Part shown: one piece after another, positions 24,786-33,939 of the stretch
Layout of the letters: every line of letters starts with the position of its first letter
Numbering within the stretch: the first letter of the stretch is position 1
Assembly: GCA_037129835.1 (NCBI GenBank)
Contig: JBAXUE010000007.1
Coordinates: 1-45,436 of the forward strand
DNA length: 45,436 bases
Reading direction: 5' to 3'
From: a bacterium
GTDB taxonomy: Bacteria > Patescibacteriota > CPR2 > UBA1875 > CAIMLA01
The notes under the pieces: generated by a model
The model's database searches: none
What the model saw: only the letters and a program-made list of their open reading frames with translations
What the model was told of the DNA's origin: nothing
Made by a program: the position numbers and the translations under genes

Positions 24786-25640
24786 TTATTTTTCGAAATT
24801 TCTTAAATCAGGCAAAATCACATTAATTGGTTCAGTATTTTTTCTATCTTTGTCCAAGAATAATCTATTAAGTAGCCCAGGATTTAATTCATCAACTGCA
24901 ATATCAAATACCGTATTGTCAACAGCTCTATTAGCCTCCCAGTATCTATAAAGATCGACAGAATTTAAAATTGTTGTTTCTACCCTAGGGCCGCTTACAA
25001 GCTCCCGAACCTCTACCTTCCATCTTTCGGTTTTACCCGTAAGCTGTGCCAACCAATTCTTGCTTTCACTTATTTCTTCTTTAGTAGGCTTAGTAACTCT
25101 ATGTGCTTCATAACCAATAGTATCCGGCCTTACTCCCCTAGCAGCGTTTTCCGTATATTGGTTCCCATTAGTTCCGGAATGCTCGAATGCGTCAGCTCTC
25201 CTTTCTTCTATCCAAGTCACAAAGTCCTTTGGATCTCTATTAAGAGATTCAATCGCATCACGATATTCTTCACCCTTCAAGATTAAATCTATCTCTGATT
25301 GTGATGCCCCTGCTTCTTTCATACTGGAAGATGCTATCTCATCCATTTCTTCGTTCGTATATTGTCTCACTGTTTGCGAGGTTTCAATAGAACCACGATT
25401 ATCACTGCTACTTTCCTTTTTAGCGCTACAACCAGGGAGTGCACCCAAAGCAATTACGCCCGCAAGTGCAACACCGACAAAGGACAACTTCCTTTCAAGC
25501 TTTTCTCTGTTTTCTTTCATTTCAACCAAAGATACATTGGTTTCTGATACTTTTTGATTTGTTTTTTCTTCAGTATCTTGCCAAGCGTCTTCCGCCAATT
25601 CTCCCATTTGATCAAAATTTGGGACTTGTCTGTCTTCCAT
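24786..25640 (-). CDS. Membrane-anchored hypothetical protein (acidic N-terminus, one TM, Cys-containing lipobox-like LPGC, extracytoplasmic domain)
   Basis: 284 aa with a strong AAAGGAG Shine-Dalgarno before ATG 25640. TM segment LSFVGVALAGVIALGALPGCS begins at about residue 52. Confidence 0.5.
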   Translation of the reverse strand: MEDRQVPNFDQMGELAEDAWQDTEEKTNQKVSETNVSLVEMKENREKLERKLSFVGVALAGVIALGALPGCSAKKESSSDNRGSIETSQTVRQYTNEEMDEIASSSMKEAGASQSEIDLILKGEEYRDAIESLNRDPKDFVTWIEERRADAFEHSGTNGNQYTENAARGVRPDTIGYEAHRVTKPTKEEISESKNWLAQLTGKTERWKVEVRELVSGPRVETTILNSVDLYRYWEANRAVDNTVFDIAVDELNPGLLNRLFLDKDRKNTEPINVILPDLRNFEK

Positions 25641-25738
25641 TTGTTCTCCTTTTTTAATATTTATTTATAATGTAACATATTTCGCTTACAATCTATATTA
25701 TACAAACCTAATATATTTCTAAAAACCTGTAGCACAAA

Positions 25739-26437
25739 TTATTCTGTCGTAAACCTTAACTCTAGTTTTTTATAACCTGGATCCTCAGAATATAACCATT
25801 TTTCTACTGCCATCTTTGCCTCAGCTTCTTTATTTGAATCTCCGCCAGTAATTAGTGTTATATCGATAATTGGAACCTCTGAATCTCCTTCATAGGTCAT
25901 ATCAATACGATAGATGTCTGTATAGTATGGTAGCGTTCCGATAATTGGATAATTTTTTATTAATTCAGCTACCTCTTTGTCGTCAGCTACACATCCCGCC
26001 AAATCAGGATTTTCCAGCTCTTTGGCTTTAAGCTCCCCAATCACTTCTTTGAATTGGGGTGCGTCCAAAGCCTTTGTTATTTCTTCTTCGGTCGCAAATT
26101 GATCTACTAGGGTCTGAATATAGGTAGCCTTTGCCTTGTCGGCAATACCACCACCGTTGATAATTGATTCGGTGTTTATTTCCTTGTCTCTAAGAGGGGC
26201 CTTTTCACTCTTTGCGCCATACATAGCATAGCCAATACTGGCAGTAAAGACCGACATTGCCGCCATCCCAAGGCCTATCATCTGATTCAGGGTTAGCTCT
26301 TTCTTTTTACCCTCCGCTTTTATTCCATCTTTAGCAGAAAATTCCGATTCTTTGTCAGCAGCACTATTATTTATGGCCTGCACACTATCAATATTTTCTT
26401 GTGGTGGAACGTGCCCACCACCTTCGGCATTTAGCAT
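25739..26437 (-). CDS. Membrane-anchored hypothetical protein
   Basis: 232 aa. Polar N-terminus, then TM MIGLGMAAMSVFTASIGYAMYGA, then an extracytoplasmic domain. aaaaggagtaatt precedes the ATG. Confidence 0.5.
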   Translation of the reverse strand: MLNAEGGGHVPPQENIDSVQAINNSAADKESEFSAKDGIKAEGKKKELTLNQMIGLGMAAMSVFTASIGYAMYGAKSEKAPLRDKEINTESIINGGGIADKAKATYIQTLVDQFATEEEITKALDAPQFKEVIGELKAKELENPDLAGCVADDKEVAELIKNYPIIGTLPYYTDIYRIDMTYEGDSEVPIIDITLITGGDSNKEAEAKMAVEKWLYSEDPGYKKLELRFTTE

Positions 26438-26439
26438 AA

Positions 26440-26811
26440 TTACTCCTTTTCTACTTTATAAGGGACCTTGATAACATCGTTTTCTTGCAAATGATACACA
26501 TCTACTCCCTTGTTGGCTAGCTGAACAGCCTTTTCAAAAGCCTCTATACGATATTCATCGCCCCACCCACTTTCAGGGTAGAAAATGTCAATACCAGTAC
26601 CCGTTGGTATTTTTTTTTCTCGCAATTCGCCCATGATTACCATTCTCGCAGCTTGTTCCTCCATACCTTTTTCAGAACCCTCATGGCTAAGCTTTTGAGT
26701 TTCGCTACCCGCAAAAGCCCCTGCTACACCCATGGCAACCACTCCTTTTATAAATTGTCTTCTAGAAATACCGTCATTCTCTTGGTTATCTGGCCCTGAT
26801 CTTTCACCCAT
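26440..26811 (-). CDS. Small secreted protein with a twin-arginine-like signal
   Basis: ISRRQFIKGVVAMGVAGAFAG near the N-terminus. The same aaaaggagtaatt sequence precedes the ATG. Confidence 0.5.
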   Translation of the reverse strand: MGERSGPDNQENDGISRRQFIKGVVAMGVAGAFAGSETQKLSHEGSEKGMEEQAARMVIMGELREKKIPTGTGIDIFYPESGWGDEYRIEAFEKAVQLANKGVDVYHLQENDVIKVPYKVEKE

Positions 26812-26853
26812 AATTACTCCTTTTGGATATTTTAATAATACTGCTCCGAAATT

Positions 26854-27588
26854 TTACTTTACTGGACTAGCATCGCTTAAAACAATATATGCTCCATTGA
26901 GATATTTATTCATCCTTCCATCACGTACTTGCACGTTGCCAAATATAGACAGTTTCTCCTTTTCGGCAGTAGCCCAACCACCGCCTTCTACTGGTTGAAT
27001 TATAAAATTTAAAACTCCAGCAGACTTTTCGTATACCATAATATGATCACCAGTTAGATCCTCATTCTGATAAACCTCTACGTATGCCTCTACAATATTC
27101 ACAACTCCACCCGGGCCAGGTCCTAGTTCCTTATGCACAAAAATCACTTTTGGATAACCCTCTATAACCACGTCTTTATTCTCAAATTTGGATGGATTTT
27201 TGGTTATCTCAAGAGCTGTCGTCTTGGTAGCCCGTGCCTTTGCTTCAATATTTGCTTGTTCTATAAAATTCACTCCAGGCGTCCCGCTCTCACTGCATCC
27301 AGTAGTTGCGACGGTAGTACCACCCAGAACTATGCCCAGAGCCGCAACCTTAAGCACTGTGCTATTACGGATTTTTGAAATGAATGTTTTATTAGTATCG
27401 TTTGGATTTATCTGCACTTGCATGGTCCCACTAATCTCAGTTTTTTCTTTATCTACCGGTTCAGACACTTTTTTAAGTTCTTCTGCTAAGACTTCTAAAG
27501 TATTCTTTTCTAATAATTCCTCTGTGGCTACCTTCTCAGATACCTCGAATTCGGTTGAATCTATATTCTCATATTCTTCTACAGTCAT
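26854..27588 (-). CDS. Membrane-anchored hypothetical protein (acidic N-terminus, TM, TTGC lipobox-like motif)
   Basis: 244 aa with AGGAG before the ATG. VLKVAALGIVLGGTTVATTGCS lies at about residue 80. Confidence 0.5.
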   Translation of the reverse strand: MTVEEYENIDSTEFEVSEKVATEELLEKNTLEVLAEELKKVSEPVDKEKTEISGTMQVQINPNDTNKTFISKIRNSTVLKVAALGIVLGGTTVATTGCSESGTPGVNFIEQANIEAKARATKTTALEITKNPSKFENKDVVIEGYPKVIFVHKELGPGPGGVVNIVEAYVEVYQNEDLTGDHIMVYEKSAGVLNFIIQPVEGGGWATAEKEKLSIFGNVQVRDGRMNKYLNGAYIVLSDASPVK

Positions 27589-27633
27589 TTCGTGCTCCTA
27601 TTTTGTACTTAAAGCTAGTATAATACACAAGTT

Positions 27634-28566
27634 ATGAATAATCCAATAATCGTATTAACCGGTCCAACTGCAAGTGGCAAAACAGCTTTTTCTTATGAGA
27701 TAGCTAAAATATTTACTAATATTGAGATTATCTGCGCTGATTCCATGACAGTTTATACGGGTATGGATATTGGTACCGATAAACCGACTTCAATAATACA
27801 AAATACAAAAAACAAAAAACAAAATGAAGAAGGAAGTTACGTCATTAATAATATCCCCCATCATCTTCTCGATATCGTAAATCCAGACGAGGAATTTAAT
27901 GTCGCTATTTTTATTAAAAAAGTAACTACTCTAGTTAAAGAGATTCACGATAGGGGCAATATCCCGATGCTTGTTGGCGGTTCAGTGATGTATATTGATG
28001 CGTTTGCGTATAGTTATTCGATGCCAGATGTAAAACCGAATATCGAATTACGCTACGAATTGGAGAAAAAAAACACCGATGAACTCTTCAATCAGCTTTG
28101 CGAATTTGATCCCGACTGTGAATGGACGGTCGATAGACATAATAAAAGAAGATTAATTCGTGAAATAGAAGTATTTCTTGCCACAGGCCAACCAATTTCG
28201 AAACAAAAACAGCGGTCCCCCCTGCCAAATAATATTCTATATTTAGCAGTCGACCGTGAGCGTGAGATATTATACGAACAAATAAATAAAAGGGTGGATA
28301 TAATGTTCCTAGAAGGATTTGTCGAAGAAGTAAGAAATCTTCACAGACTATATGACCACAATACCGCAATGCAAGCTGCTGGTTATAAACAAATTTGCCA
28401 GTACCTTGACGGTGATATAGATTTGGTAACAGCAATTGCCAAAACCAAACAAGCACACCGTAATTACGCCAAAAGACAACTCACTTGGTTGAGAAGAAAT
28501 AAAGATATTAAATGGATAGCTAACGTCAAAGAAGCAACCATATCTATCAATGGTTTAATAATTTAA
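27634..28566 (+). CDS. miaA: tRNA dimethylallyltransferase
   Basis: P-loop VLTGPTASGKT, DSMTVYTGMDIGTDKP and HHLLD motifs. Confidence 0.85.
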   Translation: MNNPIIVLTGPTASGKTAFSYEIAKIFTNIEIICADSMTVYTGMDIGTDKPTSIIQNTKNKKQNEEGSYVINNIPHHLLDIVNPDEEFNVAIFIKKVTTLVKEIHDRGNIPMLVGGSVMYIDAFAYSYSMPDVKPNIELRYELEKKNTDELFNQLCEFDPDCEWTVDRHNKRRLIREIEVFLATGQPISKQKQRSPLPNNILYLAVDREREILYEQINKRVDIMFLEGFVEEVRNLHRLYDHNTAMQAAGYKQICQYLDGDIDLVTAIAKTKQAHRNYAKRQLTWLRRNKDIKWIANVKEATISINGLII

Positions 28567-28610
28567 TTACCAACATTAACATATCCTTAAAATGAATGTA
28601 TAATATCATT

Positions 28611-29978
28611 ATGCGTAAATTTATAGCTATTGTAGCGGCAGAGTTCGCAAGAGCACTGGTAATGATAACAAAAAAAGGCAGCGGTTCTGCTCTACCGGGT
28701 GTTTTTGCCCAAAAAGTAGACCCAAAAATAATCGGCAAGCTTGCTAAGATGATTAAAGGTGGCGTTATTATTGTTACCGGGACTAATGGCAAGACAACGA
28801 CGGCCAAAATGATTGCCAGTATTTTAGAAACAGCTGGCCACAGAGTAATCTATAACTTTAGCGGTAGCAATCTATCGAGAGGAATAGCTTCTTTTTTGGT
28901 TCAAAAAACGAGTTTTTGGGGAACCAGGATTGATGGAGATATTGGCATATTTGAAGTTGACGAAGCTACGATGCCAGAAATTCTTTCCATGGTACAACCA
29001 AAATATATTGTTGTTACCAACCTTTTTCGGGATCAACTCGATAGATATGGCGAAGTTGATAAAACTGCAGCACTAATCGGCAAAGCCCTAGCAATGGCCA
29101 AGGACACAACTATATTATTAAATGGTGACGATCCTCTCGTTGCAAGCCTAAGCTCTTATAATAGTAAGGTTCAGTATTTTGGCGTAAATGATAAGTACCA
29201 AACTCTTTCAAAGGGAGCTATTGATTCTAGGAATTGTATCTCTTGTGGCCACGAGCTAACCTTTTCACCACGATATTATGGTCACCTGGGGAATTATAAA
29301 TGCTCTAACTGCGGTTTAAGTAGACCAAACCTAGATTATTCCATTACAGACATGTCTTTTACTGTAGAAAGCTCCAAAGCTACCTTTAATGCACCAAACA
29401 TGAAGACCGATATTTCTATTTCTTTACCAGGCCTATATAATCTGTATAATGCCCTAGCAGCTGCGAGCATAGCTTCTGACTACGGCATCCCAGAGACAAC
29501 CATTATTACTGCTCTCTTGAAACTTAGTGCGGCATTTGGGCGGATGGAAAAAATTAAAATCGGGGAAAAAAATATATATTTAATGCTTGTCAAAAATCCT
29601 ACAGGGTTTACTCAAACTATTGAAACTTTAACATTCGACAAAGACAAAAAGAATATCCTAATAGCTCTGAACGATAATTTCGCTGACGGCACAGACGTTT
29701 CCTGGATTTGGGACGCCGAAGTTGAAATTATCAATAATTATTATTCAAATTTCACAGTTTCTGGAATTCGTGGCGACGACATGCTTTTAAGATTGAAATA
29801 TGCCGACTTTGATACTGCGAAGATTACAAAAGAGCTAGACCTGAAAAAAGCTCTAGAATCGGCACTAAAAAAAGTGGATGACGGTGAAACACTATATATT
29901 TTACCCACATATACTGCAATGTTAGAGATTAGAAAAAACCTGGCAAATCAAGGCCTCGTTAAAGGATATTTGGAATAA
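28611..29978 (+). CDS. murT: Lipid II isoglutaminyl synthase subunit MurT (Mur ligase family)
   Basis: MRKFIAIVAAEFARAL..., TGTNGKTTT P-loop, Cys-rich insert CISCGHE...KCSNCG, and a C-terminal DUF1727-like part. Adjacent to the GatD-like gene. Start moved from 28596 to ATG 28611. Confidence 0.8.
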   Translation: MRKFIAIVAAEFARALVMITKKGSGSALPGVFAQKVDPKIIGKLAKMIKGGVIIVTGTNGKTTTAKMIASILETAGHRVIYNFSGSNLSRGIASFLVQKTSFWGTRIDGDIGIFEVDEATMPEILSMVQPKYIVVTNLFRDQLDRYGEVDKTAALIGKALAMAKDTTILLNGDDPLVASLSSYNSKVQYFGVNDKYQTLSKGAIDSRNCISCGHELTFSPRYYGHLGNYKCSNCGLSRPNLDYSITDMSFTVESSKATFNAPNMKTDISISLPGLYNLYNALAAASIASDYGIPETTIITALLKLSAAFGRMEKIKIGEKNIYLMLVKNPTGFTQTIETLTFDKDKKNILIALNDNFADGTDVSWIWDAEVEIINNYYSNFTVSGIRGDDMLLRLKYADFDTAKITKELDLKKALESALKKVDDGETLYILPTYTAMLEIRKNLANQGLVKGYLE

Positions 29979-30775
29979 TGGCAAGAAAAATAACTATCTA
30001 TCATCTATACCCAAACAACATGAACCTATACGGTGATCTTGGTAATATTACCGCTCTAGAAAAACGTTGTCTGTGGCGTGGAATTGAGACAGAAGTGGTT
30101 AATGTCAATGTCGGTGACACAGTAGATTTTTCTAAGGCAGACATACTTTTTATGGGAGGAGGTCAAGACACTGGTCAAAAAATAGTCGCTTCCGATTTAC
30201 AGGAAAAGGGTCAAGCAATAAGAGAGCAAATACAGGGCGGGTTATCAGCTCTTTTAGTTTGTGGAGGATTTCAACTTTTTGGACATTATTTTAAAACACT
30301 TGAGGGTAACCAGATAAAAGGGATAAGTGTATTTGATGCATATACCATTGCAAGTAATAGGCGTCTCATCGGAAATGTCGTTACAGACATTACTCACAAT
30401 CTAGCGGATTGGAAGATAGAATATGGTTTTGATGTAACAGAAAAAAACATTACTACATTAACAGGCTTTGAAAACCATAGTGGTCAAACTCATTTAAACC
30501 CTGGGCTTCTACCGTTTGGGTATATTATCGAAGGATACGGGAATGACTCAAATAAGCAATACGAAGGCGCAAGATTCAAAAATGCTTATGGAACTTATTT
30601 ACACGGAAGTCTTCTGCCAAAAAATCCGCACCTTACAGACCACTTTATAATGGCAGCAATAGCAAGAAGATATGGGGTAAAAGAAGCATTGGCACCACTT
30701 GACGATACAATAGAGCTAGAAGCTCACCAAGCATCTACCACTAGAGCAAAAACCGCAAAAACCGTTTCGCTTTAA
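29978..30775 (+). CDS. gatD: Lipid II isoglutaminyl synthase glutaminase subunit GatD (CobQ/CobB-type amidotransferase)
   Basis: LLVCGGFQLFG nucleophile-Cys motif and YLHGSLLPKNP. Its start overlaps the murT stop (ATAATG). Confidence 0.8.
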   Translation: MARKITIYHLYPNNMNLYGDLGNITALEKRCLWRGIETEVVNVNVGDTVDFSKADILFMGGGQDTGQKIVASDLQEKGQAIREQIQGGLSALLVCGGFQLFGHYFKTLEGNQIKGISVFDAYTIASNRRLIGNVVTDITHNLADWKIEYGFDVTEKNITTLTGFENHSGQTHLNPGLLPFGYIIEGYGNDSNKQYEGARFKNAYGTYLHGSLLPKNPHLTDHFIMAAIARRYGVKEALAPLDDTIELEAHQASTTRAKTAKTVSL

Positions 30776-30862
30776 CTTTATTTTATTTTGTATACTAGTA
30801 TTGTATAGCATACGGTACTATTATTACTATACAAAAGGCTATCTAATACCTTAATAACCTTT

Positions 30863-30890
30863 TGTCATCCTGAATTTATTTCAGGATCTC
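30863..30890. repeat. CCTGAA-hairpin element copy A (left flank of the GIY-YIG gene)
   Basis: tGTCATCCTGAAtttatTTCAGGATCTC. It is internally palindromic and is the exact reverse complement of 31168-31195. Confidence 0.85.
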
Positions 30891-30897
30891 GGATTGT

Positions 30898-31146
30898 ATG
30901 TATTGCATTTATATAATTACAAATAAATATAATGATGTATTTTATGTTGGTATGACGAATAATCTTGCTAGACGAGTTTTTGAACATAAAGAGAAACTTA
31001 TTAAGGGTTTTAGTAATAAATATAACTTAAACAAGTTGGTCTATTATGAAGTTGCAGATAATCCAGAAACAGCAATTTTCCGCGAGAAACAAATCAAAAA
31101 CTGGCATCGTGAATGGAAAATTAATCAAATAAATAAGACAAATTGA
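30898..31146 (+). CDS. Small GIY-YIG (URI) domain nuclease
   Basis: 82 aa. IYIITN...VFYVGMTNNLARRVFEHK...REKQIKNW are the GIY, YVG, R, E and N motifs. Confidence 0.85.
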   Translation: MYCIYIITNKYNDVFYVGMTNNLARRVFEHKEKLIKGFSNKYNLNKLVYYEVADNPETAIFREKQIKNWHREWKINQINKTN

Positions 31147-31167
31147 AATTGGAAAGATTTGTTTAAT

Positions 31168-31195
31168 GAGATCCTGAAATAAATTCAGGATGACA
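31168..31195. repeat. CCTGAA-hairpin element copy B (right flank of the GIY-YIG gene)
   Basis: GAGATCCTGAAataaaTTCAGGATGACa is a perfect 28/28 inverted repeat of copy A. Confidence 0.85.
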
Positions 31196-31212
31196 ATTGG
31201 AGGGAAGGGCAC

Positions 31213-32730
31213 ATGTTAGCTAAGATTAATTCTATAGCAATTATCGGGCTTAACGCAGAAAAAGTAGAGGTAGAAGTTGATTTATCGCCTGGGTTACCAG
31301 CTTTTAATATAGTCGGCCTCCCAGATAAAGCAGTCGAAGAATCAAAAGAACGTGTTCGAAGTGCTATAAAAAATAGTGGCGCCAACTTCCCTCAAAAAAG
31401 GATTACAGTAAACCTAGCTCCGGCGGACATTCGCAAAGAAGGTCCGTCTTATGACCTACCAATCGCAATAGGAATTCTTCTTGCAAGTGAGCAAGTATTA
31501 TTTGATTCTACAAAATCATTAATTGTTGGGGAGCTATCCCTGAATGGTGAGCTTAGACATACCAATGGAACTCTAGCAATGGCGATTGCAGCGAGAGAGT
31601 TTGGTTTCGAAGAAATAATTTTACCGAAGAGTAACAGTGAAGAGGCTGCTATAATAAATAATATCAATATCATCGGTGCTTTATCTTTATCAGAGTTAAT
31701 CAGCCACCTACGCAATGAAAACCAAATAGAAGCTATAGATTTTATACCTTTCGTCGAAGAAGAATCAATAGGCTATAAGCTTGATTTTAGCCAGATTATT
31801 GGACAAGAACATGCCAAAAGAGCTTTAGAAATATCCGCTGCAGGTGGGCACAATGTAATAATGGATGGTCCCCCAGGATCTGGTAAAACTCTATTGGCTC
31901 GGGCCCTTTGCTCTATCTTGCCACCCCTTACATATGAAGAAGCCCTTGAAGTCACAAAAATATACTCTGTTGCCGGAGCTTTAGAAAAAAGAACTTCCCT
32001 TGTAAAAAAACGCCCGTATCGAAGTCCACACCATACTACCAGCGGTGTTGCCTTAATTGGTGGTGGAAGCTGGCCAAGACCAGGAGAAATCAGCCTATCA
32101 CACCGTGGCGTATTGTTTTTGGATGAACTCCCAGAGTTTCCTAGACAGGTTCTTGAAGTGTTGAGACAACCCCTTGAAGACGGGGATATCACAATCTCAA
32201 GAGCGAATGGTAGTCTTTCTTTTCCAGCGAAGTTTATCTTGGTGGCTGCACAAAATCCCTGTCCCTGTGGTTATTCAACAGACCCCGAGAGACAATGCAC
32301 TTGTACTATTGGGCAAATAATTAAATACCAAAAGAAAATATCTGGTCCCTTACTAGATAGAATAGATATTCACCTGGAGGTGCCAAGGGTAGAATATTCA
32401 AAATTAGTTAATAATCACGCAGGAGAAAATTCCAGAGATATTCTAAAACGAGTTCAAGTAGCAAGGATTATTCAAAATAATAGATTTTTGGATACAAATA
32501 CAGTTACTAATTCCGAAATGTCTTTAACTGAGCTAAAAAAATATTGCGATACAAATCTAGAATGTAATAATTTGTTGGCTGCCGCAAGTAAGCAACTTGG
32601 TCTTTCAGCCCGGGGTTACCATCGAATTCTCAAACTATCTCGAACAATAGCGGACTTAGATAACTCTAGAGATATTAAAAAAGAACACATTGCAGAAGCT
32701 TTGCAATATAGGCCAAAACAAAGAATATAA
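31213..32730 (+). CDS. YifB/ComM family Mg-chelatase-like AAA+ ATPase
   Basis: N-terminal Lon-protease-like domain (VEVDLSPGLPAFNIVGLPD), Walker A GPPGSGKT, Walker B VLFLDELPEF, and a C-terminal helical domain. Confidence 0.9.
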   Translation: MLAKINSIAIIGLNAEKVEVEVDLSPGLPAFNIVGLPDKAVEESKERVRSAIKNSGANFPQKRITVNLAPADIRKEGPSYDLPIAIGILLASEQVLFDSTKSLIVGELSLNGELRHTNGTLAMAIAAREFGFEEIILPKSNSEEAAIINNINIIGALSLSELISHLRNENQIEAIDFIPFVEEESIGYKLDFSQIIGQEHAKRALEISAAGGHNVIMDGPPGSGKTLLARALCSILPPLTYEEALEVTKIYSVAGALEKRTSLVKKRPYRSPHHTTSGVALIGGGSWPRPGEISLSHRGVLFLDELPEFPRQVLEVLRQPLEDGDITISRANGSLSFPAKFILVAAQNPCPCGYSTDPERQCTCTIGQIIKYQKKISGPLLDRIDIHLEVPRVEYSKLVNNHAGENSRDILKRVQVARIIQNNRFLDTNTVTNSEMSLTELKKYCDTNLECNNLLAAASKQLGLSARGYHRILKLSRTIADLDNSRDIKKEHIAEALQYRPKQRI

Positions 32731-32784
32731 ATATTGTTATTGCCATATTCGTTTTGATTCGCTAAAATTATTAACAGAGGGTTT

Positions 32785-33939
32785 ATGGCAAAAGTTCCGG
32801 TATTTAAAGCCGTTAATGTATCAAAGACCTATGTGCTTGGAGACGTAGAAGTAAAAGCACTTCAGGGCGTTAATCTTGAGATTTATTCTGGAGAGTTTAT
32901 TTGTATCTTTGGACAGTCTGGCTGCGGTAAATCTACACTACTTAGTATTATAGCTGGCCTGCAAAAATCCTCTACTGGAGAAGTATATGTGCGCGGAGAA
33001 AAACTTTCAGCTCTAGATAATAATGGTCTAGCAAAATACAGACGAAGTAAAATTGGAATTGTTTTCCAGTCGTTTAATCTTATACCTTCTATGAATATAC
33101 TAGAAAATATTGCGCTACCTCTTACTTTTGCTAGAATCGGCAAATCACAACGTATCGCTCGCGCGAAAAGCTTGCTTGAAACCGTAGGCTTAGCAAAATA
33201 TGCCAGCCACAGTTCAAACCAGCTTTCTGGAGGACAACAACAACGTGTTGCCATAGCTAGAAGTCTAGTAACTGCACCATGGGTAATGCTTGCAGATGAG
33301 CCAACTGGTAATCTTGATAGTAAATCAGCTAATGAAGTTATGAGATTGCTTATTTCACTAAATCGTAAGTCAAAGCGTACTGTTATTTTAATAACTCATA
33401 ACCCAGAATATCTTGATTATGCTGATCGAACCTTCTTTATGCAAGATGGTAAAGTAGTAAAAATCCAAGTAAATAGCAAGGTGAAATCAGAAGATGAAAT
33501 ATCTAACGCTAGCCATATTAGCGATGAACTAAAGTCTGTCGCTAGCGAGATTGGTGCAGTTGCTGAAACAGAAACTAAGAAAAAGCACAAAACAAAGAAA
33601 GCCCCAAAGATGTCACAAGACGTAAGGGAAACTGACGATGAGGCCATTAAAGAAACTATTAATGTTACACCTACCGAGACTATGGATACAAATTCAATCA
33701 AAACCGTAGAAGTAACAGAAGATAAGGACCTTCCCGTAGAAATAGATACAAATAAGACTGATGATTTAGATCCTACAGCTACTGCAAAACCTGAGATCAT
33801 TACAGATATAGTGGAGACAGTCGAAACGGACGATGAAACAGATAACGAAACGACTAAAGATTCGACCGATTCACCATTAGACACTGGGGAAACCGCCGGA
33901 GATGACCTCGATAACGACTCGGAGGTAAATAAAAAATGA
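32785..33939 (+). CDS. ABC transporter ATP-binding protein with a long acidic low-complexity C-terminal tail
   Basis: [31 protein letters not shown]. After about residue 225 comes a tail of ~150 aa rich in T, D, E and K. Confidence 0.85.
   Translation: MAKVPVFKAVNVSKTYVLGDVEVKALQGVNLEIYSGEFICIFGQSGCGKSTLLSIIAGLQKSSTGEVYVRGEKLSALDNNGLAKYRRSKIGIVFQSFNLIPSMNILENIALPLTFARIGKSQRIARAKSLLETVGLAKYASHSSNQLSGGQQQRVAIARSLVTAPWVMLADEPTGNLDSKSANEVMRLLISLNRKSKRTVILITHNPEYLDYADRTFFMQDGKVVKIQVNSKVKSEDEISNASHISDELKSVASEIGAVAETETKKKHKTKKAPKMSQDVRETDDEAIKETINVTPTETMDTNSIKTVEVTEDKDLPVEIDTNKTDDLDPTATAKPEIITDIVETVETDDETDNETTKDSTDSPLDTGETAGDDLDNDSEVNKK

Noticed and set aside
25518-25520. Internal ATG (M41) that would turn the 24786-25640 product into a classical lipoprotein precursor (MKENREKLERKLSFVGVALAGVIALGALPGC).
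   Set aside because: The upstream ATG at 25640 has a strong AAAGGAG Shine-Dalgarno while the internal ATG has none. The sister gene at 26854-27588 shows the same long N-terminal extension. I cannot exclude dual initiation.
28547-28807. 86-aa minus-strand ORF across the miaA-murT junction.
   Set aside because: It lies antisense to the murT N-terminus, whose P-loop region is clearly coding on the + strand.
31027-31385. Minus-strand ORFs 31027-31212 and 31185-31385.
   Set aside because: They read through the hairpin element (giving the tell-tale VILNLFQDL translation) and run antisense to the GIY-YIG and comM-like genes. They are artefacts of the palindrome.
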